In this document: positions 9,505 through 20,300 of the stretch, in pieces
How the letters are laid out: each line of letters begins with the position of its first letter
Numbering within the stretch: position 1 is the stretch's first letter
Origin: a virus
Taxonomy: Duplodnaviria > Caudoviricetes
IMG/VR virus record: IMGVR_UViG_3300028048_000066
Span: 84,164-148,163 of that record
Length of the DNA: 64,000 nucleotides
Strand: one strand, 5' to 3'
Notes under the pieces: model-generated
The model's input: only the letters and a program-made list of their open reading frames with translations
Told to the model about the DNA's origin: nothing
Database searches by the model: none
Made by a program: the position numbers and the translations under genes

Positions 9505-9741
9505 ATGTTAAGAATAGATAATTATATATTGATTGGAAAAGATGATATGCCTGATGAATTAAGAGAAAAGCAATCATTTACAATAATGATAGATGAAAAT
9601 ATGTTTAGAACAGCGTATTCTTTTGGTGAAGAGTGTTGTAAAGATATGTTTGGAGAAAAAATAAAAAGAGAGATAATCAAACGAGTTAATGAAGCACTTG
9701 AAAATAGTGAGTATATTAGAGATTTAATGAAGGAGGAATAA
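9505..9741 (+). CDS. hypothetical small protein
   Basis: AAGGAG RBS. Confidence 0.75.
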   Translation: MLRIDNYILIGKDDMPDELREKQSFTIMIDENMFRTAYSFGEECCKDMFGEKIKREIIKRVNEALENSEYIRDLMKEE

Positions 9742-9743
9742 AA

Positions 9744-10043
9744 ATGAATAGTAAAGACAGATTACAAAAGGTGACTAACCTATTACTAGAAAACAACTTA
9801 TATGATTTAAGAGTTGAAAGTTCATTAACATCTATAAGAGAAGATTTAGAAGTATTAAACATTATAAAAAAGTTCTTCTTTGTTGAAGCATATTCAAACA
9901 AAAGACTAAATGCAGACTTTTGTAAGATAACTTCAATAGAAGATAAAGAAGCAAATATAGACAACTCTGCATTATCTTTTATTGATGGAGATTCATTAAA
10001 AATATTAAAGAAGTGGTTAAGGAGAGTAAAGAATGACAAGTAA
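9744..10043 (+). CDS. hypothetical protein, LE(I/V)L.IIK...(E/K)W family
   Basis: GGAGG RBS; DLEVLNIIKK...LKKWL. Confidence 0.8.
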   Translation: MNSKDRLQKVTNLLLENNLYDLRVESSLTSIREDLEVLNIIKKFFFVEAYSNKRLNADFCKITSIEDKEANIDNSALSFIDGDSLKILKKWLRRVKNDK

Positions 10044-10206
10044 AGAATACGAAAACATTATAGAACAACAAAAGGAAATAATTAAACAGCAGAAATGGAT
10101 AATTGATATTCTTACAACTAAAATTATTGTGGTAAACAATGTAAAAATACCAGATGAATTGATTAAAGATACATTAGAAAACCCAATTAAGTTTAATATA
10201 GGTTAA
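10033..10206 (+). CDS. hypothetical 57-aa protein (MTSKEYENII...), not in ORF track
   Basis: AAGGAG RBS, ATG 10033, TAA 10204-10206. Confidence 0.7.
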   Translation: MTSKEYENIIEQQKEIIKQQKWIIDILTTKIIVVNNVKIPDELIKDTLENPIKFNIG

Positions 10207-10219
10207 AAAGGAGAATAAA

Positions 10220-10441
10220 ATGAAACCAATATTAGTAGTAGTTAAAGAAAATAATAAGAAAATAGAATTAACACCTGTGGAATTAAAAAATATGCTTGAT
10301 AAAGCATATGAGCAGGGGTATAATGATGGTGCTAATGAAAATCGTATAGTAATTTCAAATGCACCACATACACCAACTCCACAAGTATTTTATGATAGTT
10401 CTGGAAATCCTTATCAATATTGTGCTACACCAACAATTTAA
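10220..10441 (+). CDS. hypothetical small protein (AYEQGYNDG motif)
   Basis: AAGGAG RBS. Confidence 0.75.
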   Translation: MKPILVVVKENNKKIELTPVELKNMLDKAYEQGYNDGANENRIVISNAPHTPTPQVFYDSSGNPYQYCATPTI

Positions 10442-10463
10442 GATGAGAAAAAGTAAAAAACCA

Positions 10464-10492
10464 TTGACTTTCTTTTAAAAAAGTTGTATAAT
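10464..10492 (+). promoter_or_regulatory. sigma-A early promoter (TTGACT-N17-TATAAT)
   Basis: TTGACT 10464-10469, TATAAT 10487-10492. Confidence 0.85.
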
Positions 10493-10523
10493 ATTAAGTG
10501 GTAGTAAAAATAAGGAGATTTAT

Positions 10524-10799
10524 ATGGTAGGATATTTAATTTTATCGGTTTATGATGGTGGATACAATTGGACAATAAAAAGTTCATTAGGTGATTATAC
10601 TGCTGATACATATGATAGCACCAAAGTTCCACCTGTAATCAAAGATATTGTAGATGAAGTTGTATTGGGTAGAAACTATGTTCCAATCGGTAGTTCTGCA
10701 AAAGATATTTTAGAAGTATTTGGAATCTATTTTGATTTGATTATGCTTTGTGAAGATGGTGATATTAAAATTATCAAAGATGAGATGGGGGTATTCTAA
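10524..10799 (+). CDS. hypothetical protein
   Basis: AAGGAG RBS after promoter. Confidence 0.8.
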   Translation: MVGYLILSVYDGGYNWTIKSSLGDYTADTYDSTKVPPVIKDIVDEVVLGRNYVPIGSSAKDILEVFGIYFDLIMLCEDGDIKIIKDEMGVF

Positions 10800-11047
10800 T
10801 GGTAGACATAGATAAAGTAAGATGTAAAATTAGAACAATGCAGGAAATCACAAGACAAAACTATGTTGCAAAGAGAAAAGAGTTTGAAGAATATAAAGTA
10901 AATCAAGAAGATAAAGATGACTTTGTAAAGTATGTTCAAATTGGTTGTGATGCAGCAGCACTTTGTGGTGAAGTATTAGCATATGAAGAAGTGCTAAGAG
11001 AGATTAACTTATTTATATTAGGAGATATGACAGCAAATGAACAATAA
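10799..11047 (+). CDS. hypothetical protein
   Basis: TAATG stop/start coupling. Confidence 0.75.
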   Translation: MVDIDKVRCKIRTMQEITRQNYVAKRKEFEEYKVNQEDKDDFVKYVQIGCDAAALCGEVLAYEEVLREINLFILGDMTANEQ

Positions 11048-11327
11048 ATTTATAAGATTACGCATATTAAAACTTCCTGAGATTGAAGAAGAAATAGAAG
11101 AAGAAGAATCTGTAGTAGGTTTTAGTGATAAACAAAAGAGCAAACCAAAGAAGAAAAGGAAACATAAGAAGGCAGAAGCAGAGGTCATACCAATTATTTT
11201 ACCGATAGATTGCATCACAGGTGTAGCATTGGTAGATAATAAAGTGTGGTTAGATACATTAGATAATAAAACTTTTCAATTAGTAGATGATTTCAATTAC
11301 ATAGCAAAAAGATTAAAAGCAAAATAA
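11037..11327 (+). CDS. hypothetical protein with acidic and basic tracts
   Basis: AGGAG RBS; followed by terminator. Confidence 0.75.
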   Translation: MNNKFIRLRILKLPEIEEEIEEEESVVGFSDKQKSKPKKKRKHKKAEAEVIPIILPIDCITGVALVDNKVWLDTLDNKTFQLVDDFNYIAKRLKAK

Positions 11328-11352
11328 GATGGACCACAAATCCATCTTTTTC
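11326..11352 (+). terminator. intrinsic terminator
   Basis: AAGATGGA-ccacaaa-TCCATCTT stem plus T-run. Confidence 0.75.
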
Positions 11353-11390
11353 AATTTTTGCAATTTCTTGTATACAAGGTTTAAATATAT

Positions 11391-11405
11391 TGCTAAATTA
11401 AATGA
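11391..11405 (+). promoter_or_regulatory. putative phage late-promoter motif TGCTAAATTAAATGA
   Basis: exact 15-mer recurring upstream of virion genes. Confidence 0.8.
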
Positions 11406-11465
11406 TTAAGTGAGTTATACTTAAACTCATTAAAAACAAAGTATAAAAGGAGAATAAAAATCGTA

Positions 11466-14400
11466 ATGGGTAAAATCAAAAGTATTTTAAATGAAGATTG
11501 TGACAATGGACAAGAAGAAGTCCTAGAACAAGCATTAGAGCAAGAAGAAAAATCCAAGAAAGAAATGGAAAAGGTTATGAAGGACAGAAGTAAAGATGCT
11601 GACCAAAAAGAACCTAAAGCACCAAAGACAAACGAGATGGGATTAGTAGAGAGTTTATTAGAAGGAACTCAATATGAACTCAAGGAAGATGTTTATAGTT
11701 TGGATGTTAAAGACAGAAAAGAACTTGGTGGAATCATTTCTAAATTAAAAGAGAATAAAATCAATTTCAAGATTTCAAGAAGTGTTAAAGAAGGTTTTAG
11801 ATATACATTAAGTGTTAAGAAGTTAAATGAATCACAACAACTTAATGAAATTTATCCTGATGTTTTAATTAAATATGTTGAGAGAGCAAAGAAAGACTTC
11901 CCAGAGTTAATTAGTTCAACACAAGCAGAATTAGATGCAAGTGATTCAAAAGCAAAAGACTATGTTATTTTAGGAAATTTCTGGAATAATTTTATGGAAG
12001 ATGCTATTGATAAGTGGTCTGATAGTAGTGCATTATTTTTAGATGATAATTCAATGATGCCAATGCCTGAAAGTGTATGTAAGCAATTCCTTGTACATCT
12101 TTTTAATATTAAGAATTTAAATCTTTTATATGATTTAGATGTATATACTGCATTTGATGAATATATAGGTATGAAAGAAGATGGTGGAATATCTGATGAA
12201 GATATAATTAAATACATTGAAGAAAATAAGTGGTTTGAAAATGAAGAAGAGATAAAAGAAGACATTGATGACCAAGAAGAACCAGATTTCAACACTATGG
12301 CAATTGATGATATTTTCTACTATGTTGTAGGTAATAATGATTTTGATGTATTTGATGATGAGGGATATTTCACAGATGCAGCAATGGAACACTACAATGA
12401 AGTAGCAAATGCATATGAAGAAAACACAGGAAATGTTTTTGATGCTTTATGTGAGAGAGAAAGATGTTTTAGACCAGATGATGATATTCAAGTTGGTGTT
12501 GATGGAACGCATTATGAACCACAAATTGATTATTATGCTGATACAGATATGAATAATGATATTATAACAGCAGTTGTAAAAGAACCAGGTAAATTAGCAG
12601 AAGTTAAGGATATTAAAAACACATTAAGAGGATACCAAAAGTTAGTAGATGGTTATATTGAATCTGTACCAATGCCTGGACTGGAAGATGATATAGATAT
12701 TGTTATGAATGATGAGGGAGTTACATTAAATCTCCCTGCTAATATTGAAGTTCCTGATTATCGTACAACCCTTGTTGGTACTTTAGTTGCAGTTGGTCTC
12801 ACACCAGATTTAACTTGGAGAAGTCTTACATATGAAGAGATTGATTATGCTGTTAAATTTTTCAATGAACACGATGTATCTGAGATAAATGGAAGTAGAA
12901 AAGCAACAGCAGAGTTAAGAAATAGATTTAACCTTCCAGATTTACCAGGTTTAGAAGAATCTAAAGAACTCAAGGAAGATGATGATATGTCTGATGAAGA
13001 ATTAGCAGCAGAAGAAGAAAGAGAAAGAGCAGAGTTTGAAGCAAAAATCAAAGAGAGAAGAGATGCTATTATAAAGAAGAGAGAAGAGGCAAGAATCAGA
13101 AAAGAGAAAGCAGAACAAGCATTAGCAGAGATTGGCAATGACTGGTCTTATACAAATCTATTTGATATTTTATATGAATCTGAATCTCTTGCTGGAGAAC
13201 TTATCAGAGCAATGGATTTTGTTGAAATTAGTTATAAAGACAACGATGAAGTATTCTATTCTGGTGAAGGTTTAATTGATGATACAGCAAATGCAGCAGT
13301 ATTTATTATGAAGTATACAGACACCTCTGAAGATGATGAATATGGTGGAGAAGAGGATGACAAATTAAATATGTTATTTAAAGATATTGCTGGAGAACCA
13401 GACCACAATTTATATATAGATTTTATTGATGATGCTAAAGTACAATTAGCAAAAGTTATTGCATCACACCCTGAAATGATTGGCGATGATAATTACTATT
13501 CATTTAGCCAAGCAGAAGGTGAAGATTATATTATATACAATGAATACTATGAAGTTTATGATGCAGAAGCAGATTTACCATACGATTTACAAGTACTTAT
13601 TAACTGCGATATAATTGATTATCGTGAATTAGAAGAAATTATTGGAGAGATGTATTCTAACTATTCTGATGGAGAATCTGCTGATGTAAGTGTTTATGAT
13701 ACATATATTTCAGTTGGTAATATTGGTGAGAATGCTCTAAATGGTGTTGACCTTCAAAACGAGATTGATAACTACTCCGATATGTTCTATAGCACAATGG
13801 ATGAAGAATGTGTAGGAGCATTTGACAGGGGTGATGTTGGATATTTAGTAGATAATGGTGATATTGATAATAAATATAGTTGTGAAGTACTTGGAGAAAA
13901 GGACGGTAAAATATATATCAAAGGAAAGGTGATTGATATTGCTGCTTTAGTATATGACACAAGTGCTGATATTCAATATGGTGACATTGCATTTGATGGT
14001 GACTTTGACTATGACATTTTTGATGAAGAGGAAGAAGATGAAGAGGAAGAAGATGTAGAAGAGTCATTAAAAGAAGATGTAGAATCAGAAGAAACTGAAG
14101 AAGAAGTTGCTGTAGAAGAAACAGAAGTTGAAGATACTGATGTTAATGATGACGGTGCTATAGATACAGCAATTGACACAGAATTCATTAAATTAGAAAA
14201 TACAAAATTTAACTGCTATGAAAACCTTGAAGAATGCAAAGATAGTATGTTGTTTGATTATGGTACTAATATTGCATCACTTTCACTTGAAGCACCAAAC
14301 GGTAAAATATATTCGGTTGACTTAATGGTTGATGGCGAAGTGTATGTTGAGTATGACGATGATTATTATCGTAATGCAAGTGACTTCCCTGAGGAATTAT

Positions 14401-15650
14401 ACAATATGTTTGTAGATGGCACAGCATATGATAGTGATGATGTTTACATTGATGATAATAACTGGTTTGAAGTATTGTTTTATGTCAATGGTTATTGTTA
14501 TGATAGCGAGATGTTTGATGGTGATTCTGACCTTTCTATGTATACAAAAGATGAACTTAAAGAAGGACTATTTGATTACTTGTCTCATTTTATTGAAACA
14601 GAGATTGAAAATGAAGCGGCCAATGAAAGACTAAAAAAAGTAGAGGCAGAGAGGGAAGCAGAGAAAGAAAGAATTAGAAACACAGCACACAAATATGACC
14701 TTCCAGATATATTTGATGACCTTGATGAGTCTTCTAGTGCTTTCAAGAAGTCAGTAAAACTTGGTGGAGAAAACACACAAGACTATCTTGATGGACAAGC
14801 AATAGGAAAAGTAGCAGACCCAGATGAAAAAGCAAGACTAATTGCAGTAAAGAAACTTGAAAAATCTGGTAAGTTAGGAAATAGACCAACAGTTGCACAA
14901 GAGTTAAAGAGAAAAGTAGACCAAGTTGCACCTAACTATGAAAAGAAAGCAGGTAAGTTTGCAAAGAAAACTGGTATGACAGAAGAAACAGAATTAAATG
15001 AAATGGCAAAACTTCCTTACTATGTTCTTGCTTACAAACTTGGTGAGGTTATGTGGTCAATGAATAATGAAGAAGCATATTACGATTCAGGTTGGTTATA
15101 TTACTGGGGAGATGATATTGAAACAGTAAATGATGCAAAAGATTACTTCAATACAAAAGAAGACTATGAAGAATTAAAAGAAGTATTTGAAAGCATCTAC
15201 AGTGACAAAGAATATCACGATGATGGTTTATTCACAAATAGACAAGACATTGTAGATTATGCACACCAAATTGATAAGAAGTTAGGTCTTGAACCAATTA
15301 AGAACTATGGTGAAATCAAAAATGAAGGTGGAGATGACCCATACGCAGAGTCTTGTGAAAACTGTGAAGAAAAGAAAGAGGAAATCAAAGAAGACCTCAA
15401 AATCTTAGCAGACATCAATGATTATCAACCTTGGTCTGGTGCAGTAGATTTCTATTATGAAATTGTTGATGCAGACAAGTTATATGATTTAGAGTTCATA
15501 CTTGAAGACATTTATCCAGACGGTCTTACAATGACACAATTAAATGACTTATTATGGTTTGAAGAAGATTGGTTAAGAGATATGTTAGGTATGAAAGAAG
15601 ATAAATCAGAAGACGATACTGATGACATTGATGATAGATTTTTAGACTAA
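11466..15650 (+). CDS. 1394-aa very acidic modular protein (contains DUF3846-like domain about 12560-12870); putative internal head polyprotein
   Basis: VVKEPGK..NTL..YQKLVDGYIE..NDEG..LPAN..LVG matches DUF3846 pattern; many LNE/LKE/ESLKE linkers; late motif upstream. Confidence 0.75.
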   Translation: MGKIKSILNEDCDNGQEEVLEQALEQEEKSKKEMEKVMKDRSKDADQKEPKAPKTNEMGLVESLLEGTQYELKEDVYSLDVKDRKELGGIISKLKENKINFKISRSVKEGFRYTLSVKKLNESQQLNEIYPDVLIKYVERAKKDFPELISSTQAELDASDSKAKDYVILGNFWNNFMEDAIDKWSDSSALFLDDNSMMPMPESVCKQFLVHLFNIKNLNLLYDLDVYTAFDEYIGMKEDGGISDEDIIKYIEENKWFENEEEIKEDIDDQEEPDFNTMAIDDIFYYVVGNNDFDVFDDEGYFTDAAMEHYNEVANAYEENTGNVFDALCERERCFRPDDDIQVGVDGTHYEPQIDYYADTDMNNDIITAVVKEPGKLAEVKDIKNTLRGYQKLVDGYIESVPMPGLEDDIDIVMNDEGVTLNLPANIEVPDYRTTLVGTLVAVGLTPDLTWRSLTYEEIDYAVKFFNEHDVSEINGSRKATAELRNRFNLPDLPGLEESKELKEDDDMSDEELAAEEERERAEFEAKIKERRDAIIKKREEARIRKEKAEQALAEIGNDWSYTNLFDILYESESLAGELIRAMDFVEISYKDNDEVFYSGEGLIDDTANAAVFIMKYTDTSEDDEYGGEEDDKLNMLFKDIAGEPDHNLYIDFIDDAKVQLAKVIASHPEMIGDDNYYSFSQAEGEDYIIYNEYYEVYDAEADLPYDLQVLINCDIIDYRELEEIIGEMYSNYSDGESADVSVYDTYISVGNIGENALNGVDLQNEIDNYSDMFYSTMDEECVGAFDRGDVGYLVDNGDIDNKYSCEVLGEKDGKIYIKGKVIDIAALVYDTSADIQYGDIAFDGDFDYDIFDEEEEDEEEEDVEESLKEDVESEETEEEVAVEETEVEDTDVNDDGAIDTAIDTEFIKLENTKFNCYENLEECKDSMLFDYGTNIASLSLEAPNGKIYSVDLMVDGEVYVEYDDDYYRNASDFPEELYNMFVDGTAYDSDDVYIDDNNWFEVLFYVNGYCYDSEMFDGDSDLSMYTKDELKEGLFDYLSHFIETEIENEAANERLKKVEAEREAEKERIRNTAHKYDLPDIFDDLDESSSAFKKSVKLGGENTQDYLDGQAIGKVADPDEKARLIAVKKLEKSGKLGNRPTVAQELKRKVDQVAPNYEKKAGKFAKKTGMTEETELNEMAKLPYYVLAYKLGEVMWSMNNEEAYYDSGWLYYWGDDIETVNDAKDYFNTKEDYEELKEVFESIYSDKEYHDDGLFTNRQDIVDYAHQIDKKLGLEPIKNYGEIKNEGGDDPYAESCENCEEKKEEIKEDLKILADINDYQPWSGAVDFYYEIVDADKLYDLEFILEDIYPDGLTMTQLNDLLWFEEDWLRDMLGMKEDKSEDDTDDIDDRFLD

Positions 15651-15681
15651 TTAAAAGAAAGGAAATAAAGGAGAATATAAA

Positions 15682-16908
15682 ATGAAACTTTTAGAAGGAA
15701 AATTAACATTGAATGAAGAACAAGTTGAATTAAAACCACTTGAAGAAACTAAATATTCAATCAAATATTGGTATGATGAAGATGCAAGAGATTTGGGTGA
15801 ACCAGATGACTATGATGAAACATTTGATAATCTAGTTGATGCAAAGAAACAAGCAGATAGACTTTTTGATAAGGAAGGTTATGCAAGTGTAGAAATATAT
15901 GATGAAAATGATAAAGTTGTATATGGAAGATACCCAGAAGAGTATGAAGAATCATTAAAAGAAGCAAAGAAGAGCATTAAAGAAGCAATAAAGGTTGAAC
16001 ACCCAGATGATTATGATTTTAATGATGTTGTAAAAATATTCTATGACCAATATTATAAAACATATAAGCATTCACCAAAAGATGAAGTAAAAGAATTTAA
16101 GAAGTTTGTAGATTTCTTAATTAAGTCTGGATTACTTGACAAAGATGTAGTTAAATCTTGGGGTGAGATTAAATTAGAATCTCTTAAAGAAGCAAACGAT
16201 GATGATAAGAAAGATGACAAGAAGAAGGATGACAAAAAGTCTTCAAAGAAAGATGATAAGAAAGAAGATGAAGAAGACATTGACATTGAAGATGAAGTAG
16301 ATATTGATGTAGAAGATGACAAAGACCTTCCAGATGTAGATGTTGATGATATGCTTTCATTAGATGATTTAGATATTGATGCCGAGAATGATTTAGATAT
16401 TGACATTGATGCAAATAATGAAGAAGATGTGCCAGAAGAGATTGTAACAAATGCAAAAGCAATGAGTATTAGTGATATAGTAAGAAATGAGTTTGATTCT
16501 ATTGATGCTCTTAAAGGTGTTATTGCAACTTTAACATTAACAAACGATGATATTAACGAAGATGATGAGAAAGTCATTGATATTCTTAATGAAATTGTTG
16601 ACCTTAAACTTGAAACAGTCGGTATGCTAAACAAAGCACTTGAAATCACAGATGGAGATTTAGTTGATTCTATGTTAGATGGTGCAGATAAAGCAGAAGA
16701 AATTATTGCTGATACAGATGATGAAATTACAATAGAAGATGATATTGAAGATGTATTTGGTGCAGGACAAGATTTAGAAGTATCAGATAACTTTGATGTA
16801 GAAAGAGATAACAAAGAAAAGGGTCTATTTGATTTGGATGATATTGATGCATTACCAGATGAAGAAGAAGACAATGAGATAATCATTAAAGACAAAAAAA
16901 CTAAATAA
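15682..16908 (+). CDS. acidic low-complexity protein, putative prohead core/internal protein
   Basis: D/E-rich, KKDD repeats, LNE and ESLKE motifs; co-transcribed with 11466. Confidence 0.65.
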   Translation: MKLLEGKLTLNEEQVELKPLEETKYSIKYWYDEDARDLGEPDDYDETFDNLVDAKKQADRLFDKEGYASVEIYDENDKVVYGRYPEEYEESLKEAKKSIKEAIKVEHPDDYDFNDVVKIFYDQYYKTYKHSPKDEVKEFKKFVDFLIKSGLLDKDVVKSWGEIKLESLKEANDDDKKDDKKKDDKKSSKKDDKKEDEEDIDIEDEVDIDVEDDKDLPDVDVDDMLSLDDLDIDAENDLDIDIDANNEEDVPEEIVTNAKAMSISDIVRNEFDSIDALKGVIATLTLTNDDINEDDEKVIDILNEIVDLKLETVGMLNKALEITDGDLVDSMLDGADKAEEIIADTDDEITIEDDIEDVFGAGQDLEVSDNFDVERDNKEKGLFDLDDIDALPDEEEDNEIIIKDKKTK

Positions 16909-16932
16909 TAAATATAAATAGGAGAGAAAGGT

Positions 16933-17343
16933 ATGTTTACAATTTCAAACAATAACATAATTACTTTAACCAGAGGTGATGAGGTTACTACTCCTATTTT
17001 TATTAACTGGGGAACACAATTAGTCCCAGTAAGATATGAACTACAAGAATATGATGAGTTGTTATTCTGTTTATATGAACCAGGATACAAAGAAAGACTT
17101 ATCCTAAGAAAAGTGTATACAAGAGATGACTTAAATAAATATGGAGATGTTGTATTACATTTGGATAGAAGTGATACAATAAATCTTTTAGCAGGTTGTT
17201 ATTATTACGAAGTTGATGTTATTAGAAGAGTAGTAGAAGATGATTCAAGTGACAGTGATAGTTCAGATTCAAGTGATGAACCTGAAATAGAGGAAGTATA
17301 TAACACAGTAGTTCCTAGAACAAAATTCTTTATAGTGGAGTAA
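16933..17343 (+). CDS. BppU-like baseplate/fibre attachment Ig-fold protein
   Basis: ITLTRGD...DT..L..G.YYY.V pattern of BppU N-terminal domains; precedes fibre gene. Confidence 0.65.
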   Translation: MFTISNNNIITLTRGDEVTTPIFINWGTQLVPVRYELQEYDELLFCLYEPGYKERLILRKVYTRDDLNKYGDVVLHLDRSDTINLLAGCYYYEVDVIRRVVEDDSSDSDSSDSSDEPEIEEVYNTVVPRTKFFIVE

Positions 17344-17347
17344 GATT

Positions 17348-20300
17348 ATGAATTATATTTATGGACAATTAAATCAAAAAGTAGTAAAGATTGAATATGA
17401 AGGTATTTCAACAGATACATCTACTACAAGTGTAGACAATAAAGGGTGTGCTATTGGTGTAGATGTAAGATGTGTGCCATATTCTTTACTTATAAATGAC
17501 GAAGGAAGACAAACATCCTACAATGGAAGTAGTGAAGTTGCATTCTCTTTGCATAATTATACAGTTTCAAAGTTAGATGATGCAGGAGAGGGCAATGTTG
17601 CTGCATATGAACTCAAAAAAGACGGTGTAAAAATTGGAGATACTATTGAAATTCCAACACAAGCACCTATTACAAGTGTTTCATTAGATGAAGATGATGG
17701 ACACTTCACTTTAATATTCACAACAGCAGATGATTCATTTGAAGTAAGTGCAGATGACCTTATTATGAGTTGTGAAGGAAGTGAGTACATACTTGTAGAC
17801 AGAGTAGAAGGAAGTAACACATATACAATATCATTAAATATTGATGATTTAAAGAGTGAGTTAGATATTAGTGGTATTGAAGGTGACATTGATTCACTAC
17901 AAGACAGAGTAGATATTTTAGAAAGAGATATAGCAACAAAGCAAGATGCGTTAGAAGCAGGTGATAATATTTCTATCAGTGGAGGCGTTATAAGTGCTGT
18001 AGACACAACTTACAGTGCTGGTAATGGTTTATCATTAGATGGAACTCAATTTAGTGTAGACACGACTACAATCGCTACAAAGGGTGATGTAGATACAAAA
18101 CAAGATGTATTATCAGAAGCACAACTCAATGCAGTCAATAGTGGAATCACAACAGCAAAGAGAGAAGGATATGATGCTACAGTTACAACAGTAGGAACAA
18201 TTACAACAACAACTTTACCTACAATTAACAATAGTATTACATCTTTGGGCAACCAAATTGATGAAGTTAAAAATGACTTAGATACAGTAGAAGGTGACAT
18301 TGAAGATGAAGTATCAGATAGACAAGATGCAGATGATGTATTAAGTGGAAGAATTGATGATGCAGAAACAGCAATTGCAGGAAAACAAGATACATTAACA
18401 GCAGGTGCTAATATTACAATTGAGAATAATGAAATTAGTGCAACAGATACTACATATACAGCAGGTACAGGATTAGATTTAACTGGTACAGAGTTTAGTG
18501 TTGATGAAACAGTTATTGCTACAAAACAAGACTTAGAATCAAAGCAAGACACATTAACACAAGCACAACAAGATGCAGTAGATAGTGGAATTACAGCAAC
18601 CATATTAAGTGAAATGCAAAGTGATATTGCAGGTAAGCAAGATACTTTAACCTTTGATGCAGAACCAACAGAAGATAGTACAAATCCTGTAACAAGTGGT
18701 GGCGTATTTACTGCATTAGAAGGCAAACAAGACACACTTACTGCTGGTGAAGGGATTACTATTGAAGGTAATGAAATCAGTGCAGAAGGAAAAGAATATT
18801 TTGCAGGAACTGGTTTATCACTTACTGGTGTAGATGAAGATACATTTGCAGTTGACACAGATGTAATTGCAACCAAAGAAGATTTATCTGGAAAGCAAGA
18901 TACATTGGATGCAGGAGATAACATTATTATTAGTGGTAATGAAATCAGTGCAATTGATACAACTTATGAAGCAGGATTTGGTATTAAGATTGCAGATGAC
19001 TCAGATGAAGATGAAATAAGTGCAATTAGTATTGATGAAGGCATTGTTGCTACAAAATTAGATTTAGAAGGAAAACAAGATGTATTAACTGCTGGAGATA
19101 ACATTACAATTGAAGATGGTGTTATTAGTTCTAGTGGTAAGATTTATAGTGCAGGATATGGAATTGACCTTGTTGGTTACGATGATACATTCCAAATTGA
19201 TACAGAGGTAGTTGCAACAAAGAATGATTTATCAGGACTTGAAGGGGAAATTTCAGATATAGAGACAGCATTAGATGGTAAACAGGACACATTAACTCCA
19301 GAGCAATTAGCAGAATTAAACAGTGGTATTACAGAACAAAAGGTTGCAGATTATGATGCACACATTAACAACCAAGTTATTCACTGCACACAAGAAGATA
19401 AAGATTTATGGGATAGTAATCATCTTGCACCAGAAGGTGAATTAAATATTGAGTTCAATGCTGATGTTCCATCTACAGTGGAAACAGCACCACTACAAAA
19501 CATTTTAGTAGGAGATAAGAACTACAAGATTTACGGAAGTGGTGACTCTGGTGGTAGTTCTGGTGGTGGAGACAGTGTTATTACAAATGAAACAATATTA
19601 CCAAGCAGTTTAACATATGCAAATCCAGGCGGTATGTATGCAGTTAATTTAGAACCAGAACAAAAGACATATATTCAAGTTGGTGATGCGGTTAAGAATC
19701 TTTATTTTGATACTAGAACAACTCCTGATATTGCTAAATTAGATTTCAAAGGTGCAGAATATACAACCCTTGTAAGATTTGTTTCTGAGGATAACTACGA
19801 ATGGAGACAAGTATATACTTATTCATCAGAACCAGCAGAACCAAAGACTGGTGAATTGTGGTTAGATATTCAATATGATACTGATGAAGAAACTCATATA
19901 ACAACAGTTACAAAGACATTGAAAAGATTCAGTGGAGATATTTGGGCAGTAGTAGAATACACAACAGAACTACCACAAAATCCAGAAGTGGGTCAATATT
20001 ATATTAGTAATACTAGCAGTAATGTATTTATTTATACAACAGTGGTTAGAAACTTACTTGCATCCGCAGGTGGTATGTGGGGAGGTGCAACAATAAGATT
20101 TGCTTATGGAACAGAACCAGATGAATTTAAGTATTATTTATTGAATGGTGTTATTTATTATTATGACAATGGTGCTTGGGTAAATACACATTATGTATTA
20201 GATGACTCAAACCCAGAAGAGGGACAACACTTCCTTAAAGCAGAACCAAGCAATAAATATACACTTAAGAAATATACAAACGGTGCTTGGTATACAATTT

